64,000 nt of DNA from Tubulanus polymorphus (taxonomy: Eukaryota > Animalia > Nemertea): NCBI RefSeq assembly GCF_964204645.1, contig NC_134027.1:3132485-3196484 (forward strand). The letters are read 5' to 3'. The first letter of the stretch is position 1. Each line of letters opens with the position of its first letter. The notes below the pieces were generated by a model. The model was not told the DNA's origin and searched no databases. It was given only the letters and a program-made list of their open reading frames with translations. The position numbers and the translations under genes were made by a program. This document shows positions 13,720-25,502 of this stretch, piece after piece.

Positions 13720-16700
13720 ATGGCAGGCAGAAATCCCCGGTTCGGAAGTTCTGCAGCTATGAATAGATTTGATGTTGTGCCCGATCAAGTTACTCAAGTT
13801 CCATCAAATACATTGAAGGTATGTTTTTAATAAGCCAGTTAGGGCAGGCCAGTTTTAGTTAGTTGCTTTATGAACATGTCTCTGCTTGGCTGATTGTTCT
13901 AGTTTCATCGTTGATGAAATACTTCAATTTATGTTTCAGCGACACCCGAAAATGGAATTGAGTAAAACGGACCTGATTCAATTGTTAAGTTATTTAGAAG
14001 GAGAGTTGCAGGCAAGAGAAGTTGTTATAGCCGCGCTTAAGGTAATTTCTAAATCTCTCAAAGGACTCCACCATTACCAGCTTAACCACTAGATGACATG
14101 CCTGTCAATAGGACAACTCAATCAAATTGTTGTTCATTTCATAAGAAACGTCTTAATACCGAGGGTGACACTCAGCTAGTGGCCTTTGGCATAGCTACTT
14201 TATCCGAGAGATGCCTTATATTTTCTTCTGGACCTCAGCCTTGCAATTTTCCTAGATCTGCCCCTGACTTTCTTCTAGAATTTTAGCCTCCCAATAAATC
14301 ATTAGGCAAATCACATCTCTTCATAGGCCTAAACTTGGATTGATCTTTAGGCTTCTTATAGTTTGAGATTTTTCTAAATGTACCACTAGTGAACCTGGTG
14401 TATCCTCGATATCCTTGCTAGACATTGTCTAATATTTTGAGAGTCTTAATTACTATGAATAACTATCACATGTAATTGTTTATTTGTTTTCAGGCGGAAA
14501 AAGCCAAACAGTTGATGTATCAAGCGAAATACGGACGTTTCGGTTTGACGGACCCGTTCTGTGCGTTACAACGTGACTCAGAGGGTCACAACGATAAGAG
14601 CTTCGACGAGAACGCCATTAAAAACATGTACGAAAATCAACTCGTGCAACTTGAAAAACTGATTACCGTTCAGCGGAAAGCTCAAATAAAAATGAAAGAT
14701 CAAATTGGACTAACTGATAAAAAATATCACAAGGTAAGATTTGAGTTATGAGTTATTGAAATGTGCTAATCTGTGAGACGTATAATTGAAGTGAAAAGTG
14801 TCTTAACAAGTCTTGGAGAAAATTCAAAAACTTAAAAAATTGAAACTTATTGTTTTTGCTGGTTCCAGCCATCATCAGGTAAAATTGGTATTTATTAATT
14901 CATCTGATGTTTTTGAATTTTTCGGTTTTCTTATCTTCATAAGGAATTTACTCATCTCTAAAGTTCGAGTTGAATCAGATATTTGTACAATATGACATTT
15001 GAATGAGTTATTGATATCTATGTGTGTTATATCCGTATTGAAAGGCTTGTCACGAGTTGGATGAAGAGAGAAAGAAACATGCTCAAGATATGGCTCAGGG
15101 AGATGACGTCACCTACGCTCTGGAGAAAGAACGACAACGGCTGCGAAATGAGGTTTGTTTTTGAGAATCGTTGCTTCAAACATTTTCAACGCTGCGTCTA
15201 TGAATGGTTTTGGTGAAATTTTTATAAAATTTTGCAGATCGATTTCGAAAAGAACAACGCGAAAAAATGCGAGAAGGAGCTGAAGAAATTAAAGGAGCAG
15301 TTCGAAGAGGAGCATAAATCATCGGCCAAACATAAACAAGTGGCAATAATGCTCATTAAGGAAAGACGCCAAATGGCAGAGAAATTAATAGCGGCGCATA
15401 AAAGATGTCGAACGGCCGAAGCTAAAATGAACGAAGAGAGAACTCGGACTAAAAATATGGCCGAGGGATTAGTCGAGGAGAGTAAAAAATCATTGAAAAT
15501 GGAGGCAGCAATGGAAAAACAGCTCGCTGAGTTCGATACCGAAAAACAACAATTAAAAATGCGCTTGCAACGCGAGGAAACTAAAAATAACGAATTACAA
15601 CGCGATATCGACCACTTACAACAGCAGGTGACAGCGCTTCAAAAACAATTGAATTTAGATAAAAATCGCGAAGGCCCGAAAAGTATCGAAATCAAAAGCA
15701 GCGTGATAACCGGGGTTGATAAAGAGTCGATGCCTAATCCGCAGGTAGCGACGACACAACCAGTGCCTAAATCGCAACCAAAAGTGTTTCGCAATACGCC
15801 TCCTAATACTCCCCCCGAGTTACGTAAGAATATGCAAGAAGTTCCCGAGAAAGACGTGGCCACGAAACCCGAGTCGAACATCAAACGCGCGATTTTACAA
15901 CTTCAAAAATCAGAAAAACCGGAGCGCCCGACAGAGGTCGTGTTGAGTCCGGGCGCGCGAGTTAATTTAAACACCGGCGCCAGTTCGGGAACGACGGTGT
16001 TCTCGACGCCTTCCGGAGGAAAAATCTCATTCACCGTCGCCGGAGCTAACGCGCCGAGAAAAACTAGTCCGGCCGGGCGCGGCACTCCACCGCCAGTCCC
16101 TCCAAATAAACCTGTACTTAGTGCTAGTTCCGTTCAAAAAGGTTTACGCGCTAATACGTCGAATCTACCGTCAGTCGGCGCCGGTTCGACTAAATATGGA
16201 CAGACAGGTGTTCGCGAACGTTCCCTTGAATGTCCGCCTATCGAAGGTGCTAAACCGGTTACCGTTACATCAGGAGTACCATCATCATCATCGAGTCAAT
16301 CGAACATGATCGTTACTAGTGATGGATCGACTGCTCGAAAGGTATCTCAGGTTCGTGTTATAGCTGATTGAATTTACTTTTTACAAGTTTAGTTGTTTAT
16401 TATTATTATTATTATTATTATTATTTATCCTCACTGTTGACTAGCACTCCTCATCTGACATTCAGTAATAATAATAATCCTCGATTCAATGATCTGACAC
16501 ACTTTCACCAGGCTTTACTGTAGCGATAACCTTTTCTCCTGAAATGTGGCGATATATTCCTATTTCTGTGTTTAGTTGATGTAATGCTTACAGTGATAAT
16601 TTTGTTTAATGCTTTTAATTCTCTTTCTCGTATGCGACGTACATTCTCTTTGATAATGTTTGCAATGGTTATATAACTGTATACAATTGTACCTTACTTT

Positions 16701-19700
16701 GACGATGCCTCGCAAACATTACTACGTAGAATATATGTTTTACCGCTCAAATTGTCAGAAGTTTATTTCTGTCATTACAAACCCCTAACACCGGTGTAGT
16801 TTCGTTACTTTCTGATTTCATAGCAATAAAAAGTTTAACATACCTGAAGAAAAGATAACTCAACTGAGTAGCTCAATCTTTCGTGGAACTGCTGAAAGTT
16901 AAACACTTCTGAAGCTTCTGATAATTTGAGCTATAATTGGTTAATAATGATTTTGGATATTAAAGTATGTTGACTTTATGATCCTAGTACTGATTTCATT
17001 TCTATCCTAACCTGCTGTTTAAGTGTATAATTACGCTGTGCTTTAACCTGTCTCAGTTTCTCATACATCAAAATAAGACATTACATCAAAAAGGGTTATA
17101 TTAAGTTTATGCGGCGGTCTGGTTGGAATCTCTGTAGATATTGTTCATGTTTTTGAAGTTTGCTGGTTAATGATCTGCTCAAATATTTGAACGGATGGAA
17201 ACTTTACAAAACCTTGATCCAAGTTAGAATTAACTGTTGGAGTAGTGATCTTGAATGCAGTGAACTAAGAATAGGTTTATATTTGAGGCAGTATTTCATT
17301 GTTTGTATATAAGAGTTACCGTTGAATGTTGAATATACTCGTATTTACAAAGTCAGTGGTATTTAATAGTAATGTAATTGGCCAACATATTTCAGTGTTA
17401 AGACAGTACGTTTTACAATGATTTTAATAAGTTCCCAGTGTGCGTTCGCCAGTATTTTCGAGAAATGTTTATATATTATATCAATGTTAGATGCATGTAT
17501 GATACTCTATAGATATTGCTTTTATGTAATTGATTTAGGATATTATAAAGTGATAAGATTTGCATGAATTTTGGTGGATATTCTATGTACATGGTTCAGC
17601 GAAGAGAAAATCCAGCTGGTGTTAAAAACTCGAATTGTGTTCAGTGATTGATTAGCTTATACAGGGTCCCTATGACTCCTTGATTCCTTAAAACCTTCTT
17701 CTAAATTGAAAATGCTTTTTAAAAGTGCTTGAAACTCCTTTGATTTGAGTAAAATGCCCAAAACTGGAAAATAGGCAATTAGGAAAGTTTGTACGTAGTT
17801 GTACAGTAGACTATATGCCTAAGCCAGTACAGTTGGAACCAGGATTTTTTGTTACGCAATTAGGCGGTTACCAAATTAGAATTCGAGTTAAATAGTGTGA
17901 GGAATTAAATTCGCTTACAAAACCACTGAATTAATGGATTACTGAGATAACAGAACCGATTTAGGAGGAGTCTACAGTAATTGGGATGCGCAAATGATGC
18001 GGTCTACTTAAAATAAACTCCTTATATCCAGGAATGACTGATCTTTAGGGACCCTGATATACGGTCGGCCCTTGAGTGAATGATGTTAGTTTAAATTTAG
18101 AATGAATTTTTCTATAAAAAGATGATAAGAAATAAAAAAACGATCAATTAATTGAGTTCGATGTTTCGGTTTTTCTTGAACAAGGATCTTCCCGTTGTTA
18201 TACAGCAAGTATAGGTCTGAGATAGTATTGTAACTATCTTTCCGCGATGAAATCAATTGATAGATTGGTTGCGAAAATTATTATGCTACAAAGTGAACTG
18301 ATTCGGTGCTGCTTCATCAGAGGATGGTGTGGTGGATATATCGGAGAACTGATGAAGAATATATATCTCGTAGCGCATATTAATTAATACTCTTTAACTA
18401 CACTTTTCTTTTATCACACCGAGGTAGACCAAGTTTTATTTCTTTGAATGCACATAGATCTAACTTAGATATTTTAGAAATGCTAATTTGTGTCACTTCG
18501 TAGAAACTATTTCGAAATGAGACATTTTCCTTTTTGTTGTGGGTGAGCCTCTTTATTTTGCATGTACACACTTTATTTGTCTGTAATTTGTACACGCTAT
18601 TATTATATTTGTTTGTTATGTAGCTATGTGCATGTGTTGATTTGTTTATTTCAGTTCGTCATCAGCATGTCTTCTAGTAGTACTCACCTTTCTGATTTTG
18701 TTTCAATCGACATGGACGATACTGAAACTATAGATCTGAATTCTGCAGGTAAAAGTCCATTAGTTGATGTTCTAACCTGCCTGCTGCTCTTAGCCAGTCA
18801 CAATTTCCATTTCCTGCGGTAGAAGCTATTTATTTTTAGATTTTTATTAACTGGTAATTTTTTGAAAAATCACTAATGAATATTTTTGTGGATTATATAA
18901 CAGTGTTTGATTATTTATGCTTAGAATAAAAAGGTAGGTTCAACTGCTTCAATATACAGGAAAAACATCATATAGAACTCTAGATGAAAGTATAAGTGAA
19001 TTCCTTTGCCATGCTTCCTGATATCTCTACCCTGTAGAAATAAATATACAGCGAAAATTGACTTGTTTCCTACTGCCTCCTACGCACAGTAATAGTTTGT
19101 TGGCTTGATTCACCGAGGACTCGCTCTAGAGATACAGAGCTGGGTATTAATACTACACCGCGCGCTGTAGCATATCGCTCAGGTATGCTCTCATCAATAA
19201 AGTGCCTTGTGAACTTGTGAGCAAGAATTCTTCCACGCATTTTTCGACCGTTATGCATTTCGTCCAATATTCCGCAGTTTATTTATTTGATATGTGTAAG
19301 ATTAGCACCCGTATGATGTTAATGCTATGCTATAAATATTTGTTTATGCATTAAACGGATAAAAAACGGCCATAGGAACTGATTGCATTAGTTTCTTGTT
19401 ACTGATGTTAAATGACTCATTCAGCCATCTGCTACGAGTTTTACTCCTTTCACACACACTAATGTAGCAATTCTACGCTTCACTACTTAAGATATATGAT
19501 ATGATGTATATTCAACAATCACTGCTCTGAAATCCTCTCTATCACCAAAATGTATTTTTTATCTCGAAATATACCCTCATCGTATAAGCCCGTATGGTAC
19601 ATGTATTTAACCAAAAACATTGTTACTGTAATTTGAAAGGTAATTTTTATATCAGTATTTATAAGTATAATTCTGGGTAAAAAGGGTTTTTATGTGCACT

Positions 19701-22700
19701 GACCATGACATGTAAATATTTTTCTACTCGTAAGAAACAAGTCTCGAAATGCAAACTACCACAAAGCGTATTGCGAGAAACTCGTGTTACAGACATCTGA
19801 CTACCGGTAGCTAAATGTTGGTTTTATTTTCAATTATTTTCAGGTGAGAGTAGTGCACCTTCAGTAGATCTCTCATCAAATCTCCACTCTTCTCCTTTAC
19901 ATACTTCAGCAGCTTCAGGCGACTACGCTCAACTTTTAAGTTTAGTTATAGATAATCACAATGACACTATAGACGTTAATGAAACCCTTAAAGATGGTGC
20001 TACTGCTATTCACTGTGCAGCTGAAAATGGACATGAAGGTATACATATTTACAATTCACATACGTTTTCCTAATGAGGGGTCAGAGCGTGCAAATGCCCT
20101 TCTGGGCCATTGTGCCTTTTTGAAATAATAAAAAATATTTTTTTACTAACATGAATATTTTTACTTACACCAAATTCTAGCCAGTCATTTTTGTGTTCTA
20201 TTTAAAAAACCATTGCGGCAGTGTATGATAGAACCTAGTGAATTTGACCCTTTTAATTAAAGTCTAAGAGAAATTAGACCCCCTTTGATTCATATAGTAT
20301 TTGTCCAGTTGAATCATAGTGGTGCGTTTTTTGGTGTTTTGTTAAATTTTTTTTTTAATGTACAGATTGTTTGCGACTATTATTGCAACATGGTGGAAAT
20401 ATAAATGCTAGAAGAGATGACAAACTAACACCGTTACACGCTGCATCTGGAGCGGGACATGAGAAAATTGTTCTGATACTTCTGAGCCACGGAGCCCACG
20501 TTAATGAAATAGACCAATCGGGCAGAACCTCTCTATATTGGGCTGCTCGACATGGACACTGTGGTGTATGTTCATTGCTTATTAATCACTCAGCTCGGAT
20601 AGATATTGTTAACTTTGTAAGTATCATTACTATCTCTATAGGACTGTACTGTTACTGTTTAATTCTGCATTTAGATTCATTTTAGTGGCTTTCAGGGGTT
20701 TATGTAAAAATGACAGGAGTGGCAGCCCCTCTAACACCTCCTGTGGAGAACACTTGTTTAGCCGTGATAACTTGAAAATGTGAATACTTATCTATGTACA
20801 TCTGGATCCAGTTATTTAAGTGGGTGGTTATGTTTGACTGGAGGGTTAAGACTAGTTTCGGTAGACTAGAGAACTGATGGAACTGGGTCCTGCTGCACTT
20901 GTAAAATTTGACTGACTAATGAATGTTTTTTGCAGGCTGGATGGGGTGTACTTCACGCAGCTATTAATGGTAACCACAATGATTGTTTAGAACTACTGTT
21001 GAATCATATCACAAAACATGAATTGTACAAACACTTGTTAAACAGCGGAGATGCTGATGGTCTGACCCCTGTTCATTTAGCAGCCATGAAAGGAGACACG
21101 GTCAGTAGTTTTACATCAAGGAATATTTCTATAATAGATTCTAATCATTCGGTTTAAATGTGAATTACTAATTTCTCATATTGTAAAGGCATCGTTGGAG
21201 ATTCTGGTGAAAGAAGCCGACCTCGATTTAGAGAAAAAAGACCACTACGGACGTACGGCGTTCGATCTCGCTTCTGAAACGTGTTCGGTTTATCTGTCGA
21301 CGGCGGGATTAGTTTGTAGAGAACGACATTGTACTGTATGCATCGAACCGGATCATTTAAACCATCCAACTCTACACAACTCCTCTCCATTCATAGTCGG
21401 CACTGTTTGTATAACTGTGGAAACTTCATGGCCGTCGCTAGAGGGAACACTTAGTGATTTGTTTTTAAATCACTTGACTATCATATCTAAGGGCTTCCAT
21501 TCGAAGAGTGACAGCAAAAATAACAACCACATTAAGAAATCTCCCGATGCTCCGCCTATGCTTGGCCTGACATTAAACAGTATTAAATACTTTTGTATGG
21601 GTGAGTTGAAATACTATTTTATGCGCGAGTTAATTTGACAAGTTTGAAAGAAATTCATCGTCTTTGAATTGAAGAACATTACAATATTTGACAGGTCAAC
21701 ACCACTGGTCACCTGGAACACCATCAGAATATACGCCGTATGATATCTTGATCACTCACAACGCACAACAGATAACTGTTAGTCTGTTCGGTAAGTATAT
21801 CACTTCAGATTTATGGTTTCATATCTACATGAATTCTAACTTTGCTTTTATATGCATTACAGGTTGGGAAGATAACTGTCAAGATTCTTTAGCCTACGAG
21901 ATGCTACTACCAGCAACCACTTTACAAAATTACTTAAGACTCGTAAGTTCAATAAACTTAAGTGAGAATGATATTTTGGTGGTGACCCTGGTCTTCATTT
22001 CTCTGTCTTATTTTCAAAGGCTGAACAATATCGAAGCGTTGTATTTTATGGTCCTGGTGGAACTGGTAAAAGTTACCTGGCTAGACGATTGGCTGATTGT
22101 ATACAGGTATTTACAATAATAATAGTAATAATAATAATAATGATACTGATACTAATTTATTATTCAAAAGCGCTTAACATTAAGGAGTCTCAAAGCTCTT
22201 CACAAAATATATTTAAAAGAAATACTAATCATAAGATTCTTTGATGAATATTGTACTTAGAAAATTGTACCTGCTTAATTTACTGTCTTCATCAAGCAAC
22301 GAATAATTGATATTTATTAATTTTCTAAAGACTAAAGAACGACAGAAAGGTTATACGTGCGAAGTAGTTGTCATAACCGTGAACAGTGATTTAAAACAAC
22401 GAGATTTCACATCTCTGCTCATCGAGGAGGGAGTATTGCTGGAACAAGACGTTACCGATGTTCCCTCGTACACACCTGTCTTAGTATTAGACGACCTCAG
22501 TAAGATTTGTTTGTCCGAGATTCTGCGAGATCTTCTCAGTTTGATCGAGAAAAAAGGTGCTGAGAATTCGGTATCATTCGTACGGGGTAAGTCGAGAGTT
22601 GAATTACGATTTGATTATGATGTTTTAAAGCCAGCCGTAGAATGAAATTTTGTTCGTTTATGTTTAGGCGGTAAGGAGCGTTCCTACTATCTTCCATCAA

Positions 22701-24246
22701 ATTGTTATATAATTGGAACAATGGACAGGAGCAGGTAAGTTGATACACATAACTCATAAGAATAATTCTCTTTTGAATGTTTGTATGATGCACTGTCAGC
22801 CAAGACTATTGATATCCATATAGGGGTCATTCATTTATTACGTACGCATAAAATTTGAATTTTTCAACCCCCCTCCCCCTCTGTACGCAATATCGGCCAT
22901 TTTTTCATATACATTATGCATTACAGTACGCAATTGCACTGACACCTCCCCCCTCCTCTAATGCGTACGTAATAAATGAATGACCCCATAATATAAGTGT
23001 AGTGCAGTATGGGTATATGATATAAACGTTTCCATAATATATGTAATAACAATGATAAGTGTAGTCAACTGTATGTATCATTTGGATGTATTTTCAGGTC
23101 TACTGGAATTGAACTATCTGTTCAGCAGCTATTCCGATGGGTTCATTGTCGAATTGATACCGAACCTTACTGCAGTTTGTTATCACGATACTTCACACGT
23201 AGCCTCATACATATCTACGGAGGTCAGTATCCACCTGTGGATTGTACTGTTCATCAGGCTCTACAGTGGACGACTAGAGTATGGCATCGTCTGAACGAAG
23301 CATTGGGGAAACTAGGCCTTCCAGAAATAGTGTTCGGACCCACACATTTCTTATCATGTCCAGTAGAGATTGGGAAAGTTACTTCAGTTTTCAGGTAAGA
23401 ATATCCAGGATATTGAAAATATAAATGAATTCTATAATTGCGGTATGCACAGTAAACCTCGCGTAACTCTGACAACTCTGGTACTGGAAAAATAAGTCTT
23501 ATTTTGTTGGCTATGTCCGAGTTAGGCAAGGTTATTGTATTAGATAAAAAGTTGACCATGAGATGATTTGATAATTGTTTGTGTTTCTAGATGGATGAGT
23601 TTATTCTGGAATCGAGTTGTTGTGCCTCTGGTTACCGATGCTGTTATACGCGGAGCGACCAGTGATTCAGAATCGAGTAACCACGAGAAGGTCGCTAACA
23701 CGACCCTGTACGTGCTTCTACAGAGAGCGGTTTTACCCGGGTGTCCGATCAATGAAGAGGAAAAGGAAGAATACATGGCTGGTTTTCAGGGTTATAACGA
23801 GCTGGAAATGTTGCTGAAAGCTGACAATTCTCCGCACGAATCATCGAGTTTACCTTCATCACCTACAACTGAGTCTCAATCCGATACACAAGGACATTAC
23901 GCGCTGTTAGTATTCAAATAGAAATGACGGATTATTCAATAGGGATGTCATTTATTTGTGTTTGATTCGAATTTCCGTTGTTGTTTTTTGCAGTGGTCAT
24001 TTAACGTGGGCCGGACGTGGAAAGAAAAAACACAAGCGAACGAACACGAGTCACTTCGACATCCAGAAATCGAAACCTTCTCGAATTCCTAATCTTGTAG
24101 CGATCCATAAGTCGACGAAAAAGCATCCCGAGAATGGAGCGAGGACGGGTTCCTCGGCATCAGTAGGAGCAGTAGGAGATACTACAGTTATCACACAGCC
24201 TCAGCATAGTATCATTGAACAAATGAAATTATCAGCAGCTGAATAG
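13720..24246 (+). CDS. CTTNBP2: Cortactin-binding protein 2-like: CortBP2 coiled coil, proline-rich SH3 ligand, ankyrin repeats, NAV-type AAA+ domain; about 19 exons
   Basis: Exons at 13720-13818, 13940-14041 (ELSKTDLIQLLSYLEGELQAREVVIAALK), 14494-14733 (YGRFGLTDPFCALQRD), 15045-15152 (HAQDMAQGDDVTYALEKERQRL) and 15238-16350 (RGTPPPVPPNKP). Ankyrin exons at about 19844-21300 (TPLHAASGAGH, TPVHLAAMKG). GPGGTGKS at 22050-22073. YIIGTMDRSR..FRWV and WMSLFWNRVVVPLV. Last exon 23994-24246. Confidence 0.9.
17662..18056. mobile_element. Degenerate non-autonomous DNA transposon (possibly hAT-like) in a CTTNBP2 intron
   Basis: 11-bp TIR CAGGGTCCCTA / TAGGGACCCTG. No clean TSD. Confidence 0.45.
22823..22987. 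mobile_element. MITE, PIF/Harbinger-like, related to 10142-10223
   Basis: Perfect 27-bp TIR GGGGTCATTCATTTATTACGTACGCAT / ATGCGTACGTAATAAATGAATGACCCC with ATA on both flanks. Confidence 0.85.
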
Positions 24247-25502
24247 ACTCTAGTCATTCAACCATACAAATATACCAACACTGCCAAATTATCTAAGGAG
24301 ATTGAATGATAGCCTGTCTATATTCTTCATACTATAGCAGCATTCACACAAGATTCTGGGATTAGGAAGTACCGCACTTACGTGGTGCCAATTTGCCAGA
24401 ATTTCAGTTCTGTACTTAAAAAGCCACGAATAGGCCTCGAATTATGTAACCATGTGAGCTACCATACAGAAATCCTCTCGTGGACGCTGCTTATGTCAGA
24501 ATTATTGTAATCGTGTGGTAATGATTTGTGGATATATACCTAATATTGTAATGTCTCTACGAAAAACTGATCGTATGCACAGATGAACCTGTTACTTGAC
24601 TAGTTTTTAATTGCTGGAATCGTGATGAATTTCGTTACACATTTTTTCCCACTGTACAAATGAACAATTGATGTAGTCACTGAAACAAATCAGAGTGTAC
24701 TGGTATATTATTATTTTATTTTCCAACCCTAGTTATGTACATTTTGATTTTATTCATAGCCCTCGATTCGTTGGGTTTGTTTCAGAGTTTTACCCGTATC
24801 AGCAGATTCACTCAGCAAACGTTTATTTCATTTACCACATTTTTATTTAACTGTAGCCCTGAATCGTTAGAAAGTCGCTAACATTGTGAAAACATCGGTT
24901 TGAATATTTAATATCCGTTTACTTTTGTACAATTGATGTTATTTTAAAGGAGATGTGGATAGAATAATATATAAATAATTTATTATTACATTTATTAAAT
25001 TGAGTCTTAGTAATTTTTTGATAAAGGACATTGTCTTTAGTTGGAGGGAGGTTCGTGTTTCCTTTGTGTATCGATAATAATGAGTGCGAATAACATTAAG
25101 TTCATCCAGTCGAAGATTCTCGGAACTTTCTTCATACGACTTGTAATATCAGCAGTTGGAGAACACTGACATCATGTATGTCCTGCCCGAATATCATGGT
25201 TTTAACCCTCAACCTCTGAGTGAGTCCGACACCCTTCTCTACAAAGATGTAACGTATTTAAGCCTTTCTACAAATCATGAAATTGAACTTCAAAAATAGT
25301 AATTTATTAAATCTTCAGTAACATGATTAATTGTCTAAAATAATTCATTGAACAACAGAAAATTTATCTTAAAAAATAACCACAATAAACTATTAATCGA
25401 TGCATTTTTCCAACTTAAAAATCAACAACATTGAATAACTGATGAAATACCCTGAAGAACGCTAGAACTACTAGTATAACAAACAATCCGTACAAACAGT
25501 GA

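Noticed and set aside
18310-18358. Small hairpin containing CGGAGAACTGAT, resembling part of miR-184
   Set aside because: The seed (GGACGGA) is absent and the stem is only about 9 bp, so it is not a pre-miRNA.
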